From: Candidatus Latescibacterota bacterium | Lineage (GTDB): Bacteria; Latescibacterota; UBA2968 | Direction of reading: 5' to 3' | Length of the DNA: 64,000 nt | Assembly (NCBI GenBank): GCA_965204375.1 | Contig: OZ241986.1 | Span: 1,184,001-1,248,000, forward strand | Part shown: piece by piece, positions 37,595 to 48,024 of the stretch | How the letters are laid out: each line of letters begins with the position of its first letter | How positions within the stretch are numbered: the stretch's first letter is position 1 | Notes under the pieces: generated by a model | What the model was told of the DNA's origin: nothing | What the model saw: the letters and a program-made list of their open reading frames with translations, nothing else | Database searches by the model: none | Position numbers and translations under genes: made by a program

Positions 37595-40500
37595 TACTTG
37601 ACCTCCACGTCGTAAACATACGATTTCATCAGACGTTGAGTCACCATTTTTGAAGCACCGTACAGCTCAGCAACGCGAGTTTCAGCCATCTGGCGCAAAG
37701 GTCCGTGGAGGGCTTGCTTGTCGGATGCTATCTGGCGACCAAATCGAATTAAAGTCGGATCGCGCAAGGCTGCAAGTGGAATAGGAAGGTGATTAATCTG
37801 AGAAATCCTAATATATGGGAACAACTCATCATCACTGTTGAACATCTGGCGATAGGCCGCTCGCAAGACGGTACTATTGAGTACTACGGTTAGGGCAAAA
37901 GGATCGTAACGTGCTGATGAATGCGCTACGTACAGCGTATTCAGTACGTAAGCACCTGTTGTATCTACGGCAGCGATGGGAAGCGAGGCAACTCGGCGCA
38001 ATATTAGTTTTGGTGTTGTGGTGTAAAGTGAATGTTTTTTAAATTTTGAAACTGCATCTCTATCAGGTTTGATATAGCCTGCGTTTCTAGCGACGTAGGC
38101 TTCAGCGGTTTCCCCAAAAATCACGGGGTACGTGTCGTTCATCGGCCACTCCACGATGCTTTTATCCCGTTTCCCAACTTCCGCGCCCCGTGTCCAAGAA
38201 ACGACATCACCAAGTACTGTGAGATTACCATTCTGCCGCCCCTTGAGGAGCACAGCCATAAATTCTGGATCGACAAGATAGCTGAACGCCATGAATGGTA
38301 AGTTTCGAATCAAAGGCTTTGATATTTGTTTATAAGGCAATAGTGCATTCCCATTGCGTCCATCCGAAATGGATACAGGAGAGTTGGTAGGGTTTCGTTT
38401 CCATACTACTGCTACAGCTGCCTCAACTCCAGCATCTGGGAAGCACTGACCGCATGGAGCATAGTCAGAGGTATCAAAGCTACAGATAAGCATATCGCGG
38501 AACTTCTCGTAGTTTTCTGACAAAAAGAAAGGTTTTGGTACAATCAGCCCTACTGGCCTATCCGTTTTAAGCAACGCCCCAAGTGCTTGCTCGTAGAATA
38601 GTTCTCCCATGTCCCACTGGCCTGACGCCAAGCGATACCTCGCTTTTGCGAAGTTGCTGAAATCCGGTTTTATTCCTCTTTTGACATTGATATAAGGTGG
38701 ATTTCCCACCACGACATCGAACCCCTGTTCGTCTCTGCTTTTCCACCGGCCGCCTTTCAAATCAACGAATGCCTCTGGAAACTCCAGGTCCCAATGAAAA
38801 AAGCCTTTCTTTTCATGTATTTCAGCAGCTTTGTCGATGGTTTCGCGGTATTTGGGCGGCAGAGTGCTACGCCCTTCAGGACGTATTTGTTCCACTAAAT
38901 TAGATCCTGATAAGGTCAGGTATTCCTCAGCAAACTTGTTATTATAGTCGCGGCTAACCCAAATATTGAGCGCAGTCTTATACGGAGCTTGGCTCTGTTC
39001 AAAGTCTGTAAAAAGATTGCGGCTATTCTCGATTTCTGCCGCTGTAGCATCGGGTATGCGCCGTAGTTTCTCAATTGTTGCTGTACCAGCGAGAAGCCCC
39101 TGGAAGGGGCCACCGAATAGGTCTGCCACATGGCCCTTATTCCGATTCGCCAATTCGGCCTGCACTTCCTGCACCGTCGTACCGATGAGCGAGTTTCCGC
39201 ACTTCAGATGGTGATCCAAAAATGAAAGCGGTGCCCCAATAGTAAAACAGTCCAACCACAGCGATACCTTGGCCAACTCTACGGCCATGGGGTTCAAATC
39301 AACGCCATATACGCAACGCTTGAGCACATGGCGTTTTAACAAGTTAATGTCGGTCAGGCGACTGGTGTCAAACGAAACTCTCTGTCGCTCCATCTCCGAA
39401 ATGATAGCTTGGCGAGTATTATCGAGAAACGTCGTCACAGGATTCCAGGGAAATGCTCTTAAAAAGCCCTCACGCTCTCCGAGGATACAGTCACATATAA
39501 AGTCCACAGTTTCTACCAGAAAGTGCCCTGAACCCATCGCTGGATCGAGAACCCGCAGGTCGAATAACTCATCCACAAGGGATTGGTAAGTATTTGCAAC
39601 CTTGTTCGGGTCGTCTGGTCGCAAACCTTGTTTTTTGAGAACCTCTGCTTGTTGGAGCTTCTTGTGGTATCTCTCCTGAGCTTGTCGAAACTTGGGGCGC
39701 AGTTTTTCAAACTTTTCTTCGAGCACAGGTCCCACAGTGTTTTCGAGGATGTACTTCACGATATGTTCGGGGGTATAGTAAGAGCCGGTGGCTTTGCGCT
39801 CTCGCCGATCATTTTCGAGGTACACATCGCCGGGCTGGTACACGCGCTCTTGGGCGTTGTGTCCTCTACCGATGGTCAAAACCTTCTTCGCCTCTTTGTA
39901 GGGGATGACCTCTTCGGTCCGCTTGCCCTTGACTACGGCCATCTTCTCAGAAGCAATGCGGATTTTGAATTCCAATAGCCCTTCATATATAGAGCCAAGT
40001 TGCCGCACACCTAAGGACTTGTAATCAATGAAAACAAGGTCTTGCCGCTTGTCGTCCAAATCTCGTGTTAGCAAGTCCAACCCCTTAGCAAGGTAGCGGT
40101 CAGGAATTTTGTTCTTTTGCAAAAAACGGGCAGTTTCCGCTTCCGAACTACTATCTTCTGGCTGAGGCTCTGTAATAAAAAGGCCACCATTATATAGAGG
40201 GACGTTTAGTTCCCGGCTTCCACGATCAATGACAGCGAATAACTTCATCAGCCTGTCGTACAGGTCGGTGGCGTCGGTGCGATATGCTGCATCGAGATTT
40301 ATGGGAGCTTCGTCGTAGATGTTTCCCGCCTTCTCTGCTATATCTTCTTTGAGTCTGGTGAGACTATACTCAAAGTATCCTCGCTGTTCACGAACCGGCA
40401 GTAGGCCACGAGCCTCTGCGTAGAGCAAGAATAGCAGGCGGTAAAGCAGGGTTAGTGTCCCCTCGAACACCAAACGGCGGAATGTCTCATTCGGTTCCTG

Positions 40501-41850
40501 TTTAAGAGATAATTGCTGTGCAACTGGAAACAGCATTTTCTGCTGAGGGTCGGCGATACCTGGCTGCCTTTTCAGGTGTTCGATAAAGCCTTCTGCGAAG
40601 TGAGGAAATACCTGATCGAATACTCGTTCTTTCAGACGATCACCCAGCTCCTTGGCATAGGTCTCACTTTCTTCCAGAAGTTTATCCAAAAAGCAAATTT
40701 GCTGAGGTTGACCATCGCGTATCTGTTCTTCAGGCACAAAAGCGGCGGCGCGGAAGAACAGATAGAAGTAGCGGAAGGCTTCACGGGGATCATCCATTGC
40801 CAAAGTCTCTTCAAGGTCAATCTCATAGTAGTTGGTTGCACGAGAATGTGTGCGTGCGGAGTAGAGACGCCAGAGTTTGCCATTGGTCACAATAGCCCAG
40901 GGGGCTTCGCCCGCTTCAAGGACAGTGACCACACGCGCGCCAGGATTCTCTTCGGGAGAATCTGTGTCGCGGGTCTCATCGCGTCCGTCAAGGTAACGAT
41001 TCCAATTATAGGCCAGACAGACAGCAATAGGATTGTCGGAATTAGAAGGAATAAAAAGAGAATAGTCGGCTCTTTCCTCTGAGCTATCATCCGCTGGGAT
41101 AGCATGGAAACCAAGAGCATTAAAAGCTGGCTCTAAGAGGTTTTGCTTTGTGGTTTGGCTATCAGCAGCTAAGTTAGCGCGAAAGTCTGTAAATAGTGCT
41201 CGAAAACGGTGGTATATCGTCTCAGGGCGATCCTGCCACTCTTGTAAGTCGGGGAGTCGCTCACTCAGATAATAGTCAGAAAACAAGGCGCGATTGTTGA
41301 ACAACGGTTCGGACCATTCGGCGATAGTATAGGCTGACAGCAGTTTATCGTACTGAGCATCCGAGTCCGCCTCGGTACAAGTGAAACGCCTGAGGACCCG
41401 TAGATCGACCTTCGATGGATTTCGTCTGTTGACCGTAAGGGTGCGTGGCATAACGGATACCTGGCTTTGAGAGAAATTTGAACTGCTCAGTTGGGGCAGA
41501 ATTCTTTCGAGCAGAACGAAGTCTATTCTCTCATAGTCATTCGTGAGAACAAGAAGATAGTTGCCCATCCTGTTCCTGAAGGCACGAGCCAGACTTTGTG
41601 TGGCTGCAACCGTGACGGAGGTCAATTCCACAAGATAAACATAAAGTGGCTCCGCTCCATCATCCTGAACGGCGAGTTGTTCTATATACTTGATTTGATG
41701 CTGAAGCGATGCCGCTGTGATGCCCAGGGCGGTAGCTGTCTGCGGCAAACGCACTTCTGTGTTATAACGGAGTGCGGCAAAGAAAGATGCTATGCCTTCC
41801 CTACTACTTAATGTCTGAATATCATTAAACTTCAGATTCTTGTCGTTCAT
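37594..41850 (-). CDS. Type IIG/Eco57I-like N6-adenine DNA methyltransferase
   Basis: TNGKLWRLY, LGSIYEGLLE, RKATGSYYTP, DPAMGSGHF, GVDLNPMAVELAK, GNPPY; GGAGG RBS before ATG 41850. Confidence 0.9.
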   Translation of the reverse strand: MNDKNLKFNDIQTLSSREGIASFFAALRYNTEVRLPQTATALGITAASLQHQIKYIEQLAVQDDGAEPLYVYLVELTSVTVAATQSLARAFRNRMGNYLLVLTNDYERIDFVLLERILPQLSSSNFSQSQVSVMPRTLTVNRRNPSKVDLRVLRRFTCTEADSDAQYDKLLSAYTIAEWSEPLFNNRALFSDYYLSERLPDLQEWQDRPETIYHRFRALFTDFRANLAADSQTTKQNLLEPAFNALGFHAIPADDSSEERADYSLFIPSNSDNPIAVCLAYNWNRYLDGRDETRDTDSPEENPGARVVTVLEAGEAPWAIVTNGKLWRLYSARTHSRATNYYEIDLEETLAMDDPREAFRYFYLFFRAAAFVPEEQIRDGQPQQICFLDKLLEESETYAKELGDRLKERVFDQVFPHFAEGFIEHLKRQPGIADPQQKMLFPVAQQLSLKQEPNETFRRLVFEGTLTLLYRLLFLLYAEARGLLPVREQRGYFEYSLTRLKEDIAEKAGNIYDEAPINLDAAYRTDATDLYDRLMKLFAVIDRGSRELNVPLYNGGLFITEPQPEDSSSEAETARFLQKNKIPDRYLAKGLDLLTRDLDDKRQDLVFIDYKSLGVRQLGSIYEGLLEFKIRIASEKMAVVKGKRTEEVIPYKEAKKVLTIGRGHNAQERVYQPGDVYLENDRRERKATGSYYTPEHIVKYILENTVGPVLEEKFEKLRPKFRQAQERYHKKLQQAEVLKKQGLRPDDPNKVANTYQSLVDELFDLRVLDPAMGSGHFLVETVDFICDCILGEREGFLRAFPWNPVTTFLDNTRQAIISEMERQRVSFDTSRLTDINLLKRHVLKRCVYGVDLNPMAVELAKVSLWLDCFTIGAPLSFLDHHLKCGNSLIGTTVQEVQAELANRNKGHVADLFGGPFQGLLAGTATIEKLRRIPDATAAEIENSRNLFTDFEQSQAPYKTALNIWVSRDYNNKFAEEYLTLSGSNLVEQIRPEGRSTLPPKYRETIDKAAEIHEKKGFFHWDLEFPEAFVDLKGGRWKSRDEQGFDVVVGNPPYINVKRGIKPDFSNFAKARYRLASGQWDMGELFYEQALGALLKTDRPVGLIVPKPFFLSENYEKFRDMLICSFDTSDYAPCGQCFPDAGVEAAVAVVWKRNPTNSPVSISDGRNGNALLPYKQISKPLIRNLPFMAFSYLVDPEFMAVLLKGRQNGNLTVLGDVVSWTRGAEVGKRDKSIVEWPMNDTYPVIFGETAEAYVARNAGYIKPDRDAVSKFKKHSLYTTTPKLILRRVASLPIAAVDTTGAYVLNTLYVAHSSARYDPFALTVVLNSTVLRAAYRQMFNSDDELFPYIRISQINHLPIPLAALRDPTLIRFGRQIASDKQALHGPLRQMAETRVAELYGASKMVTQRLMKSYVYDVEVK

Positions 41851-41952
41851 AAGTCCTCCGAGTGTTCTTGACGGACTTAGGGATGCAAGCACAGATTGTA
41901 GGATAAAACAGAGACGTATCTAAGTCTTTGTAATAGCAGTGAATAGTGTGGC

Positions 41953-41981
41953 AAAATAGCCCAAAGTCTGAAGGTTGTCAA
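41953..41981 (-). promoter_or_regulatory. sigma70-type promoter for the MTase-HNH-helicase genes
   Basis: TTGACA-17 bp-TATTTT on the minus strand. Confidence 0.55.
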
Positions 41982-42110
41982 GATATTGGGGAGTGAGGAT
42001 TGAGAAGCATTAAGAGATTGAATTTATGGGGAGGATCATTGCAATATCAGGATATGATTGGCAAAGAGAAATACGCAAGTCGCATTGTCATTCTCGGTAA
42101 AATTTCCAAC

Positions 42111-43145
42111 TTATTGTCGAGGTTGTGTTTGTGAAGGTGTAATTGTCCGAGAGAGATTATCAACTACGACTTTTGGGACTTGGATTGATTCGTCCTCTTT
42201 TCGGAGAATACCTGAACTACCAAAATGTGCAATCGAATCGACCAACTGTGCCAAAATCAGATCTCTTTGCTCTGGCGTAATGGCAGATTCAACAAAAGCC
42301 TCAATGCTATTTGCGACTCTTTGTCGGTGTTCGTTGTGTTGTGCCAGGTGCATATGTGCCCGCAATATCCTTAAACAAAAAGCGATAATTCCCCCCAATG
42401 CACCAACGATTGTAATGCGAACAGCAGAAGAATACACTATTGACTTCGTTTCCCCTTCAGGTTGAATAAAAAATCCAAATATCACAGCGGCAACAAAGAA
42501 CGACAGTATGGCACCGCCACTTAACCAACTCCAAAGCTTTACCCGTTTATTGTGATCTTGTTGAGCAAGACGAAATTGTTCCTGTGCCGCTTCAACAGAG
42601 ATCCCAGATGCTGTTCGTCGCGCCCTGTTTTCTATCTCCTCAGCTAATGTGCGTGCTTCCTCGATAGTCTTATTTGCTTCTTCCTTTACACGGGTAAGGG
42701 CATTTTCTGATTCTTGCTTCATTACCTCAATGGCTTGATTGTATTCTTTTTTTATTCCTTCATCTTCTAAGAAGCCTCGGTCTTCCATCGCTGCAGTAAT
42801 AACATTCGGCCAATACCTGCTAATCTCCTCAAATTGTGCTTGAAATTGACTGAGAAAATTTTCCTTTTCTGCAACGTATTCAGGCACATCTCTTTCACAT
42901 TGGTCATTCATATATTGGCAAATGGATGATAAAATACTGTTTATATTATCTATTACCCCTCCATGAACGTCCGAAGCAAATTGGAGAATAAGATCAATTT
43001 TTTTGTTTAGAATCTCCAACTTGGGTTCTATTTCTTCCTTTAGAGAGATCTCTCCAAGTTCTGGACGCAGCAATTTATCCCGATCAATATCATTTAGTTC
43101 TTCAACAGTTCGCATCAGGGTCTGGATCTGATCTTGGTTCGCCAT
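42111..43145 (-). CDS. Hypothetical coiled-coil protein with two C-terminal TM helices
   Basis: Charged helical N-terminus, heptad region, two hydrophobic segments, then HNEHRQRVANSIEAF; low GC. Confidence 0.7.
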   Translation of the reverse strand: MANQDQIQTLMRTVEELNDIDRDKLLRPELGEISLKEEIEPKLEILNKKIDLILQFASDVHGGVIDNINSILSSICQYMNDQCERDVPEYVAEKENFLSQFQAQFEEISRYWPNVITAAMEDRGFLEDEGIKKEYNQAIEVMKQESENALTRVKEEANKTIEEARTLAEEIENRARRTASGISVEAAQEQFRLAQQDHNKRVKLWSWLSGGAILSFFVAAVIFGFFIQPEGETKSIVYSSAVRITIVGALGGIIAFCLRILRAHMHLAQHNEHRQRVANSIEAFVESAITPEQRDLILAQLVDSIAHFGSSGILRKEDESIQVPKVVVDNLSRTITPSQTQPRQ

Positions 43146-43163
43146 ATTTGATTTGGTCTCCAA

Positions 43164-43198
43164 TAAAAATTAGACACTTATGGAATTATAAGTGCCTA
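43164..43198 (-). terminator. Intrinsic terminator after tRNA-Ala
   Basis: Minus strand taggcacttat-aattcc-ataagtgtcta followed by attttt. Confidence 0.65.
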
Positions 43199-43205
43199 AA
43201 AAAAG

Positions 43206-43278
43206 TGGAGCCGAGCGGGATCGAACCGCCGACCTTTTGACTGCCAGTCAAACGCTCTCCCAGTTGAGCTACGGCCCC
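43206..43278 (-). tRNA. tRNA-Ala(GGC), CCA not encoded
   Basis: GGGGCCGTAGCTCAACTGGGAGAGCGTTTGACT-GGC-AGTCAAAAGGTCGGCGGTTCGATCCCGCTCGGCTCCA; cloverleaf with the G3:U70 Ala identity pair. Confidence 0.97.
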
Positions 43279-43295
43279 ACATCTATACGCAGTCA

Positions 43296-43324
43296 AGAGT
43301 AACAAAATGGGATGGGTCTGTCAA
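43296..43324 (-). promoter_or_regulatory. tRNA promoter
   Basis: TTGACA-17 bp-TACTCT. Confidence 0.65.
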
Positions 43325-43469
43325 GTAAAAAGCCGATCACGAATCTTACGGATGAACTGGCCTGGGGAACGGCCTAGTTTTACACCGCTTAAAGGATTAC
43401 ATGGATTAAATTCTGTGCTTTAGGGGATTATGTAGGATAGTGCCGGTCGGCTCATGATGGAAGGTAAAA

Positions 43470-43595
43470 CTATTTCTTACGGGTAAGCATTCTACAAACC
43501 AACTCGATAAATTTGGCGAGAACCTCAAATATATCTACGCCACGCCCCAGATATAAGAGGTAAATAATGAAAACAACGATAAAAAAAAATTCCAT
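43470..43595 (-). CDS. Possible 41-aa membrane peptide
   Basis: MEFFFIVVFIIYLLYLGRGVDIFEVLAKFIELVCRMLTRKK*; no clear RBS. Confidence 0.25.
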   Translation of the reverse strand: MEFFFIVVFIIYLLYLGRGVDIFEVLAKFIELVCRMLTRKK

Positions 43596-43672
43596 CTTAG
43601 GGAAAACGCCTACGATACTGCGACCTGGTGGCGTGACTTTTGCGCCAAAGACACAGCCTTTGCTTATGTTGC

Positions 43673-44143
43673 CTAAAATTCTAAAAGTGCTTGTTTCAGT
43701 GGGTCTGTGATTATAAAACTACCATCCTTTTGAATATTATTGTCCATGCACACAACTATATCATTTGGCCCGTCACCTGCATTATCGGTTAGTGTAATAT
43801 GAGTCTTCATCTCGTGAGCTAACCAACAAATACGATCGTCCAAGCGCAATTCTAATGGTTCTCCATATTTTTTTGTTAGAATTTTTTCAAGATTTCTATA
43901 CAAAATTTTATCTGCCGCAGGTTCCTGTTTTTTGAAGCGATAAGTAATTTGGCGAAGTCTTCCGTTTACAAGGGACTGTAGGCCATCAAAATAATATTCT
44001 AAACTACATTGACGATCAAAAATTTTTCCTTCATAATATAGATAGTTGTCATGGTGCTTTTCAGATTTCGTCCATTTTTCCAGATCTTCAACATTCCCAG
44101 TTCCATCTCCCCAAAAGACTCCTCTGATTTTATATTCATTCAT
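43673..44143 (-). CDS. Hypothetical protein
   Basis: 156 aa, AAGGAG RBS, ATGA overlap with the upstream ORF; low GC. Confidence 0.65.
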   Translation of the reverse strand: MNEYKIRGVFWGDGTGNVEDLEKWTKSEKHHDNYLYYEGKIFDRQCSLEYYFDGLQSLVNGRLRQITYRFKKQEPAADKILYRNLEKILTKKYGEPLELRLDDRICWLAHEMKTHITLTDNAGDGPNDIVVCMDNNIQKDGSFIITDPLKQALLEF

Positions 44144-44472
44144 ATCTTCTCCTTCAATGAAATAATGAAGCGAATTTCACCATCCTCTTCCAAGATAGTG
44201 CCTTCATATATCCCTCTGCCATATTCTTCTATCCATTTTGTTGTGTCTTTATTGGTGAAATGCCTGCACGATGTTGGAAAGGTTTTTGTCACTTTTTTTA
44301 CGGTTGACCCACTAAGCGCATTAGTTCCGGTATCGAAACCAATAAGAATTTCAGATTGCCCTCGTTTTTTTAACTGACTATACAGATACCGGGTATCTTC
44401 GGCACAAAAACCAAACCCAAAACGCCCATCACCCTTACTCTGTGTCGTGAGGACAACTTGGCGATATACCAT
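44140..44472 (-). CDS. Hypothetical protein
   Basis: 110 aa, AGGAGG RBS. Confidence 0.65.
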   Translation of the reverse strand: MVYRQVVLTTQSKGDGRFGFGFCAEDTRYLYSQLKKRGQSEILIGFDTGTNALSGSTVKKVTKTFPTSCRHFTNKDTTKWIEEYGRGIYEGTILEEDGEIRFIISLKEKI

Positions 44473-44523
44473 TATTTCCTCCTGAATAGGGATAAAAAAG
44501 GCAATAACATAACCTTTGCCCTG

Positions 44524-44742
44524 CTACATAAAAAATAATCTTTTGAATCCCGTCATTATCTCATGGCGGTAGTGATCGCAGAGCCAGCGGTATGTGGTTT
44601 GGGCATCTGCATTACTGCTGTATCTTACACACGCTGGCTTTTCCCTCATACTGTGGGGCAGAAAAACGATCCAGTTTCCGCTACAGTATGCTTGACGTAT
44701 CTCCTCTGTTGCAAGTACCATCTGGCCAGTGTGAATGTACAT
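44524..44742 (-). CDS. Small hypothetical protein
   Basis: Start MYIHTGQ after a GGAAAGGGG RBS-like sequence. Confidence 0.45.
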   Translation of the reverse strand: MYIHTGQMVLATEEIRQAYCSGNWIVFLPHSMREKPACVRYSSNADAQTTYRWLCDHYRHEIMTGFKRLFFM

Positions 44743-45003
44743 AATGACACCCCTTTCCACGTAGTGACACAGCGTAGCTTTCGCATTTATAAGATGAATT
44801 GGTTTTCGGCCGCCTTTTGTCCAGCGTTCCAAGTACGAATATATGCCGGCCTGTTGAAAAGTCAACGGCTATTTTTTATATCAGCAGTAACTTATGCGTA
44901 ACTATTTTAAAAATAGGAATATATAAAATGGATCGGCACTATCTTACATATCCTCCCGTGATTTATTGAGGATATGAGTGTACTGTGGTATATCGCTTAG
45001 AGA

Positions 45004-47106
<2,103 letters not shown>

Positions 47107-47111
47107 CGTTT

Positions 47112-47140
47112 AGTATAGACAATTTTGTTCGCATATTCAA
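47112..47140 (-). promoter_or_regulatory. sigma70 promoter of ligA
   Basis: TTGAAT-17 bp-TATACT. Confidence 0.7.
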
Positions 47141-47187
47141 GGTGGGCGCAATGTTTACCCGACAATAATGCAATCCCACGTCAGTTC

Positions 47188-48024
47188 TTAACTAAAAAGA
47201 AAGGCGGCGAGTCCAAGTAGCATCCCCGCTTTGAGCAGTTTGTTCAGGTATCCGAGTGCGTCTTTTTGCCAGAGGCGGATGAGGACGAAGACGAGCAAAA
47301 GGTTGAGGAAGACGATCAGGGAGAGATAAATCGAACTGTAAATGCCCAGGAGCGCGGGTATTGGGGTCGCGATGATGAGGATTGTAAAGATGCCGGTGAT
47401 CAGAATGCGTGCGATGTTTTCTCCCCAGGAGATGGGTACGGTGCTGCCCGATAATTGGCGGTCGCCAGCACTGTCTTCGAGGTCTTTGAGAAGTTCGCGT
47501 CCCAGGTGAAACAGAAAGGCAAAGCCCGCGATGAGATAGGGAGCGGATATGTTCTCAACGGCTGCGCCTCCATAGAGAAATGCCAGACCACCGAGCGCAC
47601 TTACTGTGAGATTGCCGATGAGAGGTACGCGTTTGAGATAGGTATTGTAAAGGATCAGGCACGCGATGGCAATGAGGGCAATGGCGAGGGCAGGCGTTGG
47701 TAGGGAAAGAGCGAGGAGAATGCCCGCGAGGAGGAAAATGCCCATTTCTATGCGGGCGATACCGGGGGATAAACGCCCCGAGGGGAGTGGCCGGTGCGGT
47801 TTGTTTATGCGGTCTTCGGTTATGCCACACAGGTCATTGAGCGCGTTGCCCCCTGCGGTGATGAGGGCGGCGGATAGCGCGGCAAAAAGCAGGGGTTCGG
47901 TGATCGTGTGAATCCCCAGCCAGCCGCCGAGGAGTACCGAGGCAAAGGTTATGAGACAGTTGATAGGGCGAGGCAGTTCAATCGCGGCGTAAAATCTGGT
48001 CTTGCGGAAGGCCATATTTTTCAC
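47188..48024 (-). CDS. UbiA-family prenyltransferase, DGGGP-synthase-like
   Basis: RPIN, GGNALNDLCGITEDRINKPHRPLPSG, GRELLKDLEDSAGD. Confidence 0.8.
   Translation of the reverse strand: MKNMAFRKTRFYAAIELPRPINCLITFASVLLGGWLGIHTITEPLLFAALSAALITAGGNALNDLCGITEDRINKPHRPLPSGRLSPGIARIEMGIFLLAGILLALSLPTPALAIALIAIACLILYNTYLKRVPLIGNLTVSALGGLAFLYGGAAVENISAPYLIAGFAFLFHLGRELLKDLEDSAGDRQLSGSTVPISWGENIARILITGIFTILIIATPIPALLGIYSSIYLSLIVFLNLLLVFVLIRLWQKDALGYLNKLLKAGMLLGLAAFLFS

Noticed and set aside
32958-41850. Complete DISARM or BREX system
   Set aside because: Core genes drmA/drmB and pglZ/brxC are absent
43185-43196. IS1595-like terminal repeat (TATAAGTGCC)
   Set aside because: Better explained as one arm of the tRNA terminator hairpin
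32900-43278. Intact integrative element at tRNA-Ala
   Set aside because: No integrase, and I could not find a duplicated tRNA 3' end at the distal boundary
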